Shown here: in pieces, positions 10,001 through 18,945 of the stretch
Numbering within the stretch: the stretch's first letter is position 1
Layout: each line of letters opens with the position of its first letter
Source of the DNA: an uncultured Planctomycetaceae bacterium
GTDB lineage: Bacteria; Planctomycetota; Planctomycetia; Planctomycetales; Planctomycetaceae
Direction: 5' to 3'
DNA length: 64,000 nucleotides
NCBI GenBank assembly: GCA_963976765.1
Contig: CAXBME010000005.1
Coordinates: forward strand, 124,001 to 188,000
Position numbers and translations under genes: made by a program
The notes under the pieces: generated by a model
What the model saw: the letters and a program-made list of their open reading frames with translations, nothing else
Databases searched by the model: none
Told to the model about the DNA's origin: nothing

Positions 10001-10144
10001 GCTGATGACGACCTGCTCGACGGCGGTATCGAGCAGGATTCTCTGGCAACCGGCGGCGGCGTGGACACGATTATCGACACCGGGAATGACATCCTCGACG
10101 AAGCATTCGTCAATTGGCACGTTGAGGGCTTTGTCGCTCCGTAA
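7025..10144 (+). CDS. Secreted RTX (hemolysin-type Ca-binding) repeat protein with central PL1-like pectate lyase domain
   Basis: N-terminal EVLESRTLLA (LEPRxLL-like) and many GGxGxDxL repeats. The lyase block shows VTTLAPDGPGSL, IVFDVGGIIDL, SNITIDGSTAPSPGI, WSQDE and KRAPKF. Confidence 0.85.
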   Translation: MFLFCGPNRRSIRSPRRRRESRFSLQSGARWHIRAEVLESRTLLAATLYPESGLLWIGSSNFADNVLVELVGESQIQVTHNREASVFPLESVRSLLFLGKGGLDYFENRTPIPADAMGGPGADTLIGGSGNDTLNGNTGSDLLIGNDGDDVLSGDSGIGDTLDGGDGDDHISGGLGSDTIRGGDGADDLDGGVGDDSVSGGDGNDTIVGGGDRDVLDGGNGDDLIRSMATSQQEVVRVTTLAPDGPGSLTDALSQGNRHIVFDVGGIIDLRSTSAARPDYEIILAKSNITIDGSTAPSPGISIVGARILIQNASNVTIKHITLAQGDDVVGVDNRGQRDTLTIQASEDVLIQNVSLFWSQDELADIWGGSRRVTFDRVLFAEPLDKDNHAHGLLAGAGATEVTIINSVFASPRKRAPKFAFGTELSGHTGGLMVNNIIYNPLSRTVIVGDGAKVAAVGNLVIPGPDSQGHIAFLEAQPDVGSGTEIFLSDNFFQNADRVMVPNPGRTTPLFTDPVDFNNSEAYDWNVSYKAGVGSIRGLTADGVYDPEVNTPPQQWMVDALAAMNVLPVSEVYSNVLANVGTTPWSRTAGDIRVINGIINGTGRKVETTAQVGGMPAYVFVPQSAESARIVTAEEADSIFGGPGNDTLIGGTGNDHLNGESGDDLISGGDGDDELIGDFGNDTLNGEAGDDLLRGREGVDQISGGVGNDIAAWQSGHDSDIFDGDLGVDEIQITGSTGADVIKLSAVEQSLQVEIEARILNVSRFERATIDGRQGNDRITTDALVAFASDYPTYELNNFEFTISGGDGQDTIDASAAVDGFIGFTIDGGSGDDMIALPRSPVVAIGTSINANSAFGGAGNDTIIGGLGDETIDGGEGADSLVGNEGADTLQGRGGDDTIEGGAGADIINGHTGNDVLNGNGDGDTIDGGDGNDRLVGGGSSDLLFGGAGNDVVIGNSGNDFLFGDSGSDTLDGGEGNDQLVGGTESDLLVGGADDDLLDGGIEQDSLATGGGVDTIIDTGNDILDEAFVNWHVEGFVAP

Positions 10145-10231
10145 GGCTGATGCCGTTACGATGCTGCGACGTTTTTTGCAGGCCGCAATCTTCAGACCGT
10201 AACCTGTCTGCATCGCACGCTGCTGGCCGCT

Positions 10232-10741
10232 GTGTTCCGTTTGAAAGCGACGTCCGTGATCTTTGCCGACAACCCGCTGCAGCCTTACGAACAATGGATG
10301 CGCCGCTCTCTGGATGAGGCGGCCACGGCGTTTGAACTCGGTGAAGTTCCCGTCGGCGCGGTGATTGTTCACGGCGATTCGATCATCGGGACGGGTTACA
10401 ACCAGCGAGAAACACTGCAGGATCCAACCGCTCATGCCGAGATCATTGCCATCACTCAGGCTGCGCAGTCTCTGGGGTCATGGCGACTGACAGACTGCAT
10501 GCTGATTGTGACACTCGAACCGTGCCCGATGTGTGCCGGCGCGATCGTGCAGGCTCGGATACCAACGGTGATTTATGGAACGCCTGACCCGAAAGGTGGA
10601 GCGTGCCACACGCTTTACAACATCACGGACGACGATCGGCTGAATCATCGCTGTACGGTTCTTGGCGGAGTGATGGAGCACGACTGCCGAGCCATCCTGC
10701 AGGAATTCTTTCGTGCTCGCCGAGCCGAAGGCAAGAAGTGA
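10232..10741 (+). CDS. tadA: tRNA adenosine(34) deaminase
   Basis: [16 protein letters not shown] and [11 protein letters not shown] motifs, ending FFRARR. Exact start is uncertain. Confidence 0.95.
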   Translation: MFRLKATSVIFADNPLQPYEQWMRRSLDEAATAFELGEVPVGAVIVHGDSIIGTGYNQRETLQDPTAHAEIIAITQAAQSLGSWRLTDCMLIVTLEPCPMCAGAIVQARIPTVIYGTPDPKGGACHTLYNITDDDRLNHRCTVLGGVMEHDCRAILQEFFRARRAEGKK

Positions 10742-10830
10742 ACCCCGGCACGGAATCGTGTAACGTTTTGTCCGATCCGGGCTCAGGATTTTACAACTGT
10801 GAAACCGTCAGCTGAAGAAAGACGTGACCA

Positions 10831-12366
10831 ATGTTGATGAACCGTCAAATTCGAATTGCTGTGGCCACAATAGCGTTGCTGCTTTTTGCAGGTCAGCTCG
10901 CTCAATCGGTCAAGGCAGCTGACACACGACCGAATATCCTGTTCATTATCGTCGACGATCAATCGCCGTTTGACCTGAAGATTTACAACCCGGATTCCGA
11001 ACTGGAGACGCCGAACATCGATCGGCTGGCTGCCGAAGGAATGGTTCTGGACGGGGCTTACCAGATGGGATCTTTCAGCGGAGCGGTCTGCACGCCTTCC
11101 CGTCACATGGTGATGTGCGGTCGCACGGTATGGCATCTCCCCAACTGGAGAGGCGCGATCGAAGCAGGGTTGTGTCCACCGAATCTTGAGCAGTCCACGA
11201 TGGGTGCGGTCTTTAACAAGGCTGGCTACTCGACGATGCGAACCTGTAAAAAAGGGAACAGCTATGAGGGAGCCAACAAGCAGTTCACGGTTCGCCACGA
11301 CGCCACAAAACGAGGCGGGACTGACGAAACCGGCAGTGTCTGGCACGGCGATCAGGTCACGAACTATCTGAACGATCGAAAGACCAGCAAAGACGAGAAG
11401 CCGTTTCTGATCTACTTTGGATTTTCGCATCCTCACGACACGCGGGATGGCACGCCAGAACTGCTCAAGAAGTACGGAGCCATCAATCACAAGGACAAAC
11501 AGAATCTTCCGCCGGCCAATCCGAAGCAGCCGGCGTTGCCTGTGAACTATCTGCCGGAGCACCCTTTCCACCACGGCCATCCGGGCCTGCGAGATGAAGT
11601 CTCTGTCAGCGGCGTGTGGGAAAAACGCGATGAGAGAACCATTCGCAATGAACTCGGTCGCGAATTCGCCTGTAGCGAAAATATCGATATCCAGGTTGGT
11701 CGAGTTCTGAAACAACTCGAAGAGATGGGCGAACTCGACAACACGTATATCGTCTATACCGCCGACCACGGGATGGCGATCGGTCGTCACGGTCTGCAAG
11801 GCAAGCAGAATCTTTACCAGCATACATGGCGAGTGCCTTACATCGTGAAAGGCCCCGGAATCAAAGCTGGCACGCGAGCCACCGGGAATGTCTATCTGCT
11901 CGACTCGCTGTCGACCATCTGCGATCTCGCTGGCGTCGACGCTCCGTCGTCCAGCGAAGGCATCAGCTTCAAGCCGGTCCTCGAAGGCAAGCAGGAAACC
12001 GTTCGAGACACGCTTTACGGAACTTACAGCGGCGGCACGAAGCCAGGCATGCGCTGTGTCCGAAAAGGCGACTGGAAGCTGATCAAGTACGACGTGATGG
12101 ACGGCCAGGTCCGCGAGACGCAACTCTTCAACCTCGCCGAAAACCCGCACGAGTTCCTCGCCGAGCACAACCGCCAATCACCGATGGAAACAAACCTCGC
12201 CAGCAACCCGGCTCACACAACGAAGCTCGCCGAAATGGAAGCCTTGCTCCTCGCCGAAATGCGCCGCCTCAACGACCCCTACCGCCTCTGGAACCAACCG
12301 GACGACAACGTTGAACCACCAAAGCCGGCTCCGCCTCGAAGAAAGAATACGAAGAAGGTGAAGTAG
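10831..12366 (+). CDS. Formylglycine-dependent (S1) sulfatase, secreted
   Basis: Signal peptide; RPNILFIIVDDQ, CTPSR, PHD, TADHG and GKQNLY. Confidence 0.93.
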   Translation: MLMNRQIRIAVATIALLLFAGQLAQSVKAADTRPNILFIIVDDQSPFDLKIYNPDSELETPNIDRLAAEGMVLDGAYQMGSFSGAVCTPSRHMVMCGRTVWHLPNWRGAIEAGLCPPNLEQSTMGAVFNKAGYSTMRTCKKGNSYEGANKQFTVRHDATKRGGTDETGSVWHGDQVTNYLNDRKTSKDEKPFLIYFGFSHPHDTRDGTPELLKKYGAINHKDKQNLPPANPKQPALPVNYLPEHPFHHGHPGLRDEVSVSGVWEKRDERTIRNELGREFACSENIDIQVGRVLKQLEEMGELDNTYIVYTADHGMAIGRHGLQGKQNLYQHTWRVPYIVKGPGIKAGTRATGNVYLLDSLSTICDLAGVDAPSSSEGISFKPVLEGKQETVRDTLYGTYSGGTKPGMRCVRKGDWKLIKYDVMDGQVRETQLFNLAENPHEFLAEHNRQSPMETNLASNPAHTTKLAEMEALLLAEMRRLNDPYRLWNQPDDNVEPPKPAPPRRKNTKKVK

Positions 12367-12449
12367 CGAACCGAGGCTTGGCGTCTGGCATCGGGGCGGC
12401 ACATTTCAGAAGCAATAATCAGGACGGCACAAGCAAACAGGGACTCTGA

Positions 12450-13856
12450 ATGTTTCATCCACTCGTCGGTCACTCATCAGTCTCGATCGCCTTCACAGTG
12501 CTGACAGGCGTGTCGGTTTGTCTTCAGTCTTTAAATGATTCAGCGGCTTCTGCTGGAGAATCAGCGAAACGTCCCAACGTCATTGTGATCATGGCGGACG
12601 ATATCGGGGTGGAAGGGCTGAATTGTTATGGGGGGACGAGTTATCGGACTCCGAGGCTGGATCAAATGGCGGCGGAAGGGCAGCGGTTTACTCAGGCGTA
12701 CGCTCAGCCGCTGTGTACGAACACTCGAATTCAGCTGATGACGGGGCTCTACAACAATCGCAACTGGTTGTACTTCGGGTGTCTGGATCCCAAAGCAAAG
12801 ACGTTTGGGCACTGGATGAAAGACGCTGGCTACAACACGTGTATCGCCGGCAAGTGGCAACTTCAAAGTTACGACCCGCCCGACTATCCCGGCTCAGAGT
12901 TGCGACGTGACAAAGGGATGAAAGTCCAGGACGCAGGCTTTGACGAGTACTCGCTGTGGCACACGGCTCACACCGAAGACAAGGGGCCTCGGTATGCCGA
13001 TCCGGTGATCTTTCAGAACGGAAAGTTTCGCACCGATACCAAAGGGAAATACGGTGAGGACATCTGGGTCGAGTTCATTCACGACTTCATGAATCGTCAC
13101 CGTAACGACGCTGAACCGTTCTTTGTTTATTACCCGATGACGCTGCCACACTGGCCGTTCGTGCCGACGCCTCACAGCGAAGACTGGGGCATCGAAGAGA
13201 AAATGCACCCACCGCTCGGGACAACGGGTGGCGATACGAAGTACTTCCCGGACATGGTCGCCTACATGGACGAAGTCGTTGGGCGAGTGATTGATTCCGT
13301 CGACGAACTCGGCCTGAAAGAAAATACGCTCATCCTGTTTTACGGAGACAACGGCACGGACCGGCGAGTGGTCTCACAGACTACGTTTGGCGAAGTCGTC
13401 GGAGGAAAAGGAGCGACGACAAACGCGGGGACTCACGTTCCGCTGATTGCTCGCTGGCCGGGACGGATCAAAGCGGGAATCAATGAGAACCTGGTCGATT
13501 CAACAGATTTCCTGCCGACAATTCTGGAAGCGGCGAGTAAGCCGGTTCCCGATAAGGTAAAGCTGGACGGACGAAGTTTTTTCCCGCAGCTCATGGGTCA
13601 AGCCGGAACGCCTCGTGAATGGGTGTTCTGTCATTACGATCCTCGACCAGGCTGGGACAAGGACAAGTTCCGGATGGAACGCTTCGCGCGGGACAAACAG
13701 TTCAAGCTGTACGGCGATGGCAAGCTGTATCACATCCCGCGAGATTTGACCGAGCAACGTCCGATCCCCGCTCAGTACGATTGGCCAGAGTCAGCTGCTG
13801 CTCGGACGGCGTTGCAGGCCGTGCTGGATGGGATGCCGGCTCCGGAGCCGAAGTGA
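12450..13856 (+). CDS. Formylglycine-dependent (S1) sulfatase-like hydrolase
   Basis: RPNVIVIMADDIG, CTNTR.QLMTG, AGKWQL, LPH.P, GDNGT and GGKG. Confidence 0.9.
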   Translation: MFHPLVGHSSVSIAFTVLTGVSVCLQSLNDSAASAGESAKRPNVIVIMADDIGVEGLNCYGGTSYRTPRLDQMAAEGQRFTQAYAQPLCTNTRIQLMTGLYNNRNWLYFGCLDPKAKTFGHWMKDAGYNTCIAGKWQLQSYDPPDYPGSELRRDKGMKVQDAGFDEYSLWHTAHTEDKGPRYADPVIFQNGKFRTDTKGKYGEDIWVEFIHDFMNRHRNDAEPFFVYYPMTLPHWPFVPTPHSEDWGIEEKMHPPLGTTGGDTKYFPDMVAYMDEVVGRVIDSVDELGLKENTLILFYGDNGTDRRVVSQTTFGEVVGGKGATTNAGTHVPLIARWPGRIKAGINENLVDSTDFLPTILEAASKPVPDKVKLDGRSFFPQLMGQAGTPREWVFCHYDPRPGWDKDKFRMERFARDKQFKLYGDGKLYHIPRDLTEQRPIPAQYDWPESAAARTALQAVLDGMPAPEPK

Positions 13857-13877
13857 TGGGGCGATCAGCCTGACTTT

Positions 13878-14005
13878 GAACGCAGAGGTCGCTGAGGAGA
13901 AAAACTCAGAGGAAAAGGCGATTCTCTTTGTTATCTCTGCGAATCCTCTGTTATCTCTGCGAATCCTCTGTTATCTCTGCGAATCCTCTGTTATCTCTGA
14001 GTTCC
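13878..14005. repeat. Gene-less inverted-repeat element related to the GxxExxY-flanking repeats, with internal 20-bp tandem array
   Basis: Left arm is GAACGCAGAGGTCGCTGAGGAG...CTCAGAGG. Right arm is (TGTTATCTCTGCGAATCCTC)x3 plus TGTTATCTCTGAGTTCC (13929..14005). 13974..14005 is 28/32 identical to 1807..1838. Confidence 0.85.
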
Positions 14006-14047
14006 TAAGTCTGGATTAGAGCAGAGGTTGAGAAGTCTGCAAAAGTC

Positions 14048-14872
14048 CTATGCGGCAACCTGAATTGGCTGTTGCGCGGGCACAGCCATTGCCAGGACTT
14101 CGGTGACCATGTTGGCATAGTCGACTGCGCCGTTGCATTTCGGATCGTAGTCGAAGACGGATTGCCCATAGCTGGGAGCTTCGGCCAGTTTGATATTTCG
14201 ACGGATCCTGCTGTCGAAGATTTTCGCTGTCGACCAGGGGTTGTCGCCATCGCTGCGGGCCAGGAAGTCGTTGAGGTCGTCGCACACGTCTGACGCCAGA
14301 CGCGTGCCGGTTTCGTAAAGGCAGAGCATGATGCCGGTGACTTTGAGATTTCGATTCAGTCGCCGGGAAACCAGTGCTGTCGTCGCGAGCAGTTTTGACA
14401 AGCCCTGCAGTGCGAAGAAGTGCGGCTGCAGCGGTATGAAGACTTCGGACGCGGCGGTCAGCGCGTTGATGGTCAGCACGCCCAGCGACGGTGGACAGTC
14501 CATGATCACATATTCGAACGCGTTCGAATCGGCGATCAGATTCAGCGCGTCGCGAAGGACGGTTTCTCGATTTGGAGCGTCGACCAGTTCCAGTTCGGCG
14601 GCGGCCAGATCGACATTCGACGGAGCGACCCAAAGATTGTCGCAGACCATGTGCCGGACTTCGCCAATCGTTTTGACACTGGAGAAGACGTCGTAGATCG
14701 TTGGCGTATCGCCGACGGCTTCGTAGCCAAGGTGCAGCGAAGCGTGGCCCTGCGGGTCGAGGTCGATCAGCAGAACCCGTTTTCCCTGCCGAGCCAGTCC
14801 GGCGGCGAGGTTCACACTGCTGGTGGTTTTTCCGACTCCACCCTTCTGATTCATAATGGCAATCGTACGCAT
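14048..14872 (-). CDS. ParA/Soj family ATPase
   Basis: [23 protein letters not shown] and LAEAPSYG. Confidence 0.93.
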   Translation of the reverse strand: MRTIAIMNQKGGVGKTTSSVNLAAGLARQGKRVLLIDLDPQGHASLHLGYEAVGDTPTIYDVFSSVKTIGEVRHMVCDNLWVAPSNVDLAAAELELVDAPNRETVLRDALNLIADSNAFEYVIMDCPPSLGVLTINALTAASEVFIPLQPHFFALQGLSKLLATTALVSRRLNRNLKVTGIMLCLYETGTRLASDVCDDLNDFLARSDGDNPWSTAKIFDSRIRRNIKLAEAPSYGQSVFDYDPKCNGAVDYANMVTEVLAMAVPAQQPIQVAA

Positions 14873-15018
14873 CGGAATCCTTTCCTGACGTCTCGCTGGC
14901 CCTGTCCAATTCGAGGCCGAATCCGGCCATTACTCGTTCAATGAGCGTAACGGAAAGGCTCCGTCTCTGGCGCGGCGGCGGAGTATAACGGCCTTTCGCG
15001 AATCGCCGGAAGAGGGCT

Positions 15019-16113
15019 TTAAGCCGTTGCTGAATCAGCAGATAACGATAACTGAACAGCAATTTTTGCAGCTTCGATCATGCCTTCGGCTGATGCGACA
15101 CCCTGTCCCGCGATATCGAAAGCCGTTCCGTGGCTGGGACTTGTGCGAACGATCGGCAGGCCGAGTGTGATGTTGACCGCTCGGTCGAAGCCGATCAGCT
15201 TCAGAGCGATGTGGCCCTGGTCGTGGTACATCGCGACGACGCCGTCGAATTCACCGCCGACCGCCCGGCGAAGCAGTGCGTCGGCGGGAATCGGGCCGGT
15301 CGCGTTGATACCGGATTGCTGACATCGATCGACGGCAGGGGCGATCAGGCGAGCTTCCTCGTCGCCAAAGAGGCCTTCTTCACCGGCGTGAGGATTCAAC
15401 GCGCAGACTCCGACTCGGGGTATGTCACACCCAACTCGCCGCATGAACGAATCCATCAGCCCGATGTTGCTGGCGATAAGTTCGGTGGAGAGCAGCTTCG
15501 GAACGCTGGCGATCGATGTGTGCAGCGTTGTGTGAACGACTCCCAAACCGCGCGGCGACCGCACGATGTCTCCCGGCGGCAGGTAGAGCATCATGGCGAA
15601 TTCGTCGACTTCGCAGACATGGCCGAGGATTTCCGTGTGGCCAGGATAGTCCAGATCGGCAGCTTTCAAAGCGGCTTTGTTGAGCGGGGCCGTGCAGATG
15701 CCATCGATCTGTTTGGCGAGAGCCGCTTTTGCGGCGGCGACCAGACAATCGTAGGCCGCTCGGCCTGCTCGACCGTCGATGCTTCCAAACGGAACTTGCG
15801 CAACATCGTTTTCGCACGCCGGGATGCATGGCAGAGTTTGAATCTCAAAATTGCCGGGCTGTTGATCTGCCCAGCCGAGCACTTCATCAAAGCTGTGGAC
15901 GTCTTCGAATCGAAGCGTTGATTCCGTCAGCCGGGCAGCTCGCTTCAGCACTTCCGGGTGGCCGACCGCGACGAGCTGGCAGATGGATCTCAGTGATTCA
16001 TCCATCGCCGTTTTGACGAGAACTTCCGGGCCGATCCCTGCCGCATCGCCCATCGTCAGGGCGATGACTGGCCGCCTGGAATTCGCCGAGGTTGTATGCC
16101 CGGATTTCTGCAT
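15019..16113 (-). CDS. pdxA: 4-hydroxythreonine-4-phosphate dehydrogenase
   Basis: TMGDAAGIGPE, TAPLNK, GHTE, LNPHAGE.GLFG.EE, AMYHDQG and NITLGLPIVRTSP.HGTAFDIAG. Confidence 0.93.
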   Translation of the reverse strand: MQKSGHTTSANSRRPVIALTMGDAAGIGPEVLVKTAMDESLRSICQLVAVGHPEVLKRAARLTESTLRFEDVHSFDEVLGWADQQPGNFEIQTLPCIPACENDVAQVPFGSIDGRAGRAAYDCLVAAAKAALAKQIDGICTAPLNKAALKAADLDYPGHTEILGHVCEVDEFAMMLYLPPGDIVRSPRGLGVVHTTLHTSIASVPKLLSTELIASNIGLMDSFMRRVGCDIPRVGVCALNPHAGEEGLFGDEEARLIAPAVDRCQQSGINATGPIPADALLRRAVGGEFDGVVAMYHDQGHIALKLIGFDRAVNITLGLPIVRTSPSHGTAFDIAGQGVASAEGMIEAAKIAVQLSLSADSATA

Positions 16114-16279
16114 GAAGAGTTGTGCCGAGTTCGTGGTCGAACCGTCCAGTCAGGTCGTGCATGAAGTATGTCGACCTGAGCGAAACGCTGAAAAACGATG
16201 GTACGATACCAGCATTTCATCTGTCATCACCGCTGGTCCAAGGGTAACGCAGACGTTTACTTCACTCACCGATTTACTT

Positions 16280-17110
16280 CTACACGTCGACGGAGAGGCC
16301 GATTTCGTCGGCAACGGATTCGACTTCACGGGTCGTCAATTGGTTCATGCCGTCTGCAAAACCGACGAGCAGCGTCAGGTCGGCGATGCGATTAATACGG
16401 CGAGGGACTCCGCCGGAAAGTTCGTGGATCTCGTCCAGGGCGGATTCGTCAAATGGGGAATCCGCAACGCCAGCGACTTCCAGGCGATGACTGATGTAAT
16501 CAGCCGTTTCTTCGCGGCTGAACGGCTGAATCAACGATTTGACGCCGATGCGTTCATCGAGTTCAGTGATTCTTGAGACTCGACTGAGGACGCTCGGCTG
16601 CCCCGCCAGCAGGAACGTGAACGGGTAGTCGGATCGATAGTTGAGCAGAAGCTGGATCGTGCGGAAGACTTTCTGATCCTCGATCAGGTGAGCTTCGTCC
16701 AGAACGATAATCGGGTGACGACCGGATTGTTTGAAGTGGGCGAACCGTGCTTCCAGTTGCCGGAGCGTCGTGTCGAAACCGATGTCGGCGTTGCGGACGA
16801 GGGCCTCTTCGGCTCCCAGTTCTGCGGCCAGGAATCCGACAAGTTCGTTCGACGTGAGAAACGGATAGTTGAGCTGAACGAAAGGGCCAAACTTTGAATC
16901 GACTTCCTGCAACTCCTGCTTGAACATGCGCAGCAGGAATGTTTTGCCGACTCCGGTATTGCCACACAGGACCGCGGCGCCTTTGTTGCTGTCGATGAGG
17001 TATCGCAGTTTCAGCATCGCTGCCTGATGAGTACGGCTGCGAAAAAAGAAAGCCGGATCCGAGTTACACTCGAATGGCTTGCTGTCGAGGTTCCAGTACT
17101 GAGCGTACAT
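16280..17110 (-). CDS. ExeA/GspA-family AAA ATPase
   Basis: MY..YWNL..KPF...DP.FFF, Walker A GNTGVGKT, LDEAHL, LAGQP and SGGVPRRIN. Confidence 0.9.
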   Translation of the reverse strand: MYAQYWNLDSKPFECNSDPAFFFRSRTHQAAMLKLRYLIDSNKGAAVLCGNTGVGKTFLLRMFKQELQEVDSKFGPFVQLNYPFLTSNELVGFLAAELGAEEALVRNADIGFDTTLRQLEARFAHFKQSGRHPIIVLDEAHLIEDQKVFRTIQLLLNYRSDYPFTFLLAGQPSVLSRVSRITELDERIGVKSLIQPFSREETADYISHRLEVAGVADSPFDESALDEIHELSGGVPRRINRIADLTLLVGFADGMNQLTTREVESVADEIGLSVDV

Positions 17111-17187
17111 CGCCTGCCCGTTTCTTTGAGTCGACTGGTGGATTCGAATTCGCCGCGATCAACGACGTCAGTAATTCAGAGGCTGAT

Positions 17188-17796
17188 TCAGTGGGTCTCG
17201 ATGCTGCCTGTCAGCCAGACGGCCTGATTAGCGGTCACCCGGGCGCCAACGACTTGCGATGGTACGTTGTCAGGTTGCTTGTAGTCTGCCTGCTGAATGG
17301 CTGGTGCGGACCGAGGATCTGTGATGATGATCGGCCTCCCGAACCGCGGGCCGTCGTCGTCAAATGATGGTTCAAAGTGCGGGGGGGCTGCAGAAGCGGT
17401 CGATCGGTCGAGAAAGCTCGACGCGCTGGCAAAGTTCTGGAGTTCCGGTTCGGATTCATCGTCGAATTTGAAGTCTGGATTGATGCCCCCCGAAACCGGG
17501 TTGGCTGAATCGCTGACCCCCAGAGCGCCCAGAGCGAGGAAGTCCGACTCAAGCTGCTCATCGGTCAAGTCTGTGTCCGCGACAGAATCCGAACCAGATC
17601 GGAATGCGAAGATCGTGGTGATCATGGCCAGCAGCACACAGCTACCAATAATCAGCGACTTCGGCTGGCGACAGATCTCGAGCACGCTGTGTGGCGTCAT
17701 AAAGCTCTTCGCTGAACTCTTCTGGCGTTTTCTAGGGCGCGTGGGCATGAAGCCTCCGGGGAAAGACAGTCGGGTGTCTCCTGGAGCATCGTCCAA
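17188..17796 (-). CDS. Hypothetical single-TM protein
   Basis: One hydrophobic segment, an acidic disordered body and a C-terminal 'AVWLTGSIE'. Start may be the internal ATG (MPTRPRK). Confidence 0.6.
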   Translation of the reverse strand: MDDAPGDTRLSFPGGFMPTRPRKRQKSSAKSFMTPHSVLEICRQPKSLIIGSCVLLAMITTIFAFRSGSDSVADTDLTDEQLESDFLALGALGVSDSANPVSGGINPDFKFDDESEPELQNFASASSFLDRSTASAAPPHFEPSFDDDGPRFGRPIIITDPRSAPAIQQADYKQPDNVPSQVVGARVTANQAVWLTGSIETH

Positions 17797-17903
17797 TGGC
17801 GGCGCCGGTCTTGAGGAATTTTCTGAAATTAACGGTCAGGTCGACTTTGCGGGCTGGTTACAGGATGGCGGCAGTGCTGCACGAAGAATTTCGAACGGTG
17901 GCA

Positions 17904-17946
17904 CGGTTGCTGGTTCCGGGGGGCTTGTACCCGGAACCGGCAACCG
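17904..17946. other. Strong intergenic hairpin between divergent genes
   Basis: CGGTTGCTGGTTCCGGG, a 9-nt loop, then CCCGGAACCGGCAACCG: a 17-bp stem with one G-U pair. Confidence 0.7.
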
Positions 17947-18070
17947 AATATCGGAGCAACGTTCGATTCGGTGTGTTCAGGCCGGAACGTTCTCTACGAT
18001 TCCGCTTTTGGGGCCGGGTTGGTCGGTCCGGTCGCGTTACATCTTCAAACTCTGAGGCACGCATCCGACG

Positions 18071-18901
18071 ATGGATTTTCTGCAGGTATCCGGGCGAAAC
18101 ATTCTGGTCATGGGCGTCGCCAATCGGAAAAGCGTCGCGTACCACTCGGCGAAGGTTCTGGCCGATGCCGGGGCCAACGTGATCTTCAGCGTTCGGTCTG
18201 AGCAGCGTCGCGAGGCGGTTCAGAAGCTGTTTCCTGATGCTCCGTGTTTTCTGTGCGATGTCGAGGATCAGGTTCAGATCGACCGACTCAAAGACGAGGT
18301 CGCTGACCTGCTGGCCAGTTGCAGCGAAGATGGCTCACAGGGAAGTGGCACACTGCACGGCATCGTGCATTCGATTGCCTTTGCTGATTACTCGGCGGGC
18401 TGGCTGCCGTTTCATGAGACTCCACGGTCGGCGTTTCTGCAGGCGATTGACCTGTCATGCTACTCGCTGATCGCTGTTTCGAACGCGTTTCGAGATTTAC
18501 TCGACAAAGAAGATGGCAGCGTGGTGACGATTTCGATTTCGACGACTCGAATGGCGGCGGAAAACTACGGGTACATGGCTCCGGTCAAGGCCGCACTCGA
18601 TTCGTCGATCTGCTTCCTGGCGAAGGCGTTTTCGAAGTTCTCGACCGTTCGATTCAACGCGGTTTGCCCTGGCCTCTTGAAGTCGTCAGCGTCAGCCGGA
18701 ATTCCCGGCTACGTCGACAGCTACCTTTACGCCGAAGAAGCGACGCTGCGGAAAAAGGCGGTTCAGACCGGCGAAGTCGCGGACACCGTCGCGTTTCTGC
18801 TAAGTCCTCGCTCGTCGGGCATCAATGCTCAGGGCATCGTGATCGACGCGGGAATGTCGACCAACTATTTCGATGCGGACCTTGTAAATCGCGGAAACTG
18901 A
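18071..18901 (+). CDS. fabI: Enoyl-ACP reductase (NADH)
   Basis: [23 protein letters not shown] and the YxxMxxxKAAL catalytic motif. Confidence 0.85.
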   Translation: MDFLQVSGRNILVMGVANRKSVAYHSAKVLADAGANVIFSVRSEQRREAVQKLFPDAPCFLCDVEDQVQIDRLKDEVADLLASCSEDGSQGSGTLHGIVHSIAFADYSAGWLPFHETPRSAFLQAIDLSCYSLIAVSNAFRDLLDKEDGSVVTISISTTRMAAENYGYMAPVKAALDSSICFLAKAFSKFSTVRFNAVCPGLLKSSASAGIPGYVDSYLYAEEATLRKKAVQTGEVADTVAFLLSPRSSGINAQGIVIDAGMSTNYFDADLVNRGN

Positions 18902-18945
18902 TTACCGATTTTGATCGCCAGAACACAGCAGCGTGGACCCAATCC

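Noticed and set aside
10783..12177. Long antisense ORFs (also 33346..34446, 27930..28904, 53187..54125 and others)
   Set aside because: These are shadow ORFs opposite well-supported genes, typical of high-GC codon bias.
13929..13999. Possible CRISPR array
   Set aside because: The 20-bp units are directly adjacent with no spacers, and no cas genes are present. It is a tandem repeat.
14048..14872. parA as marker of a plasmid or replication origin
   Set aside because: There is no parB, rep, dnaA or DnaA-box cluster nearby, and the gene is surrounded by chromosomal housekeeping genes.
18457..18945. Apparent N-terminal extension or frameshift fusion of fabI and trmL
   Set aside because: The extension overlaps fabI in another frame and is not protein-like. 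TrmL homology starts at about 18946.
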